Source: Candidatus Dadabacteria bacterium | GTDB taxonomy: Bacteria; Desulfobacterota_D; UBA1144; Nemesobacterales; CSP1-2 | Length of the DNA: 26,863 bases | Assembly (NCBI GenBank): GCA_040289575.1 | Contig: PSLL01000002.1 | Span: 1 to 26,863 of the forward strand | Direction: 5' to 3' | In this document: positions 26,844 to 26,863 of the stretch, piece by piece | Position numbering within the stretch: position 1 is the first letter of the stretch | Layout of the letters: each line of letters starts with the position of its first letter | Notes under the pieces: model-generated | What the model was told of the DNA's origin: nothing | Databases searched by the model: none | The model's input: the letters and a program-made list of their open reading frames with translations, nothing else | Translations under genes and position numbers: made by a program

Positions 26844-26863
26844 AAATTAGGTTGGAAGAGGGA
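26840..26863 (+). CDS. probable start of a downstream gene, cut by the window edge (MKIRLEEG...)
   Basis: ATGA overlap with the gcvH stop; only 8 codons are visible, so the product cannot be assigned. Confidence 0.4.

Overview
Bacterial chromosomal window, mostly housekeeping genes: cofC, a PpiD/SurA-like chaperone, smc, secA, a MoxR ATPase, pterin-4a-carbinolamine dehydratase, folK, folD, thiD, tRNA-Val(GAC), thrS-infC-rpmI-rplT, an HhH-GPD glycosylase and gcvT-gcvH. Gene style suggests a deltaproteobacteria-like lineage, possibly Ca. Dadabacteria; this is unverified inference. Items worth follow-up: (1) a dense, helically phased DnaA-box cluster at about 19003-19198, overlapping the 3' end of folK, with no dnaA in the window (candidate dnaA-unlinked oriC or a datA/DARS-like site); (2) a ~50-aa insert in SecA resembling the one known from Thermotogales/Aquificales; (3) a decayed accessory block between smc and secA holding a disrupted HEPN-like gene, an attC-like site and gene fragments; (4) a TetR gene with a palindromic operator next to a tandem-CMD/AhpD protein ending in Cys-Gly-Cys; (5) a protein combining receiver-like, MshEN-like, J and TPR domains; (6) several families of small palindromic or periodic intergenic repeats. 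All calls come from reading motifs by eye; no database searches were run.
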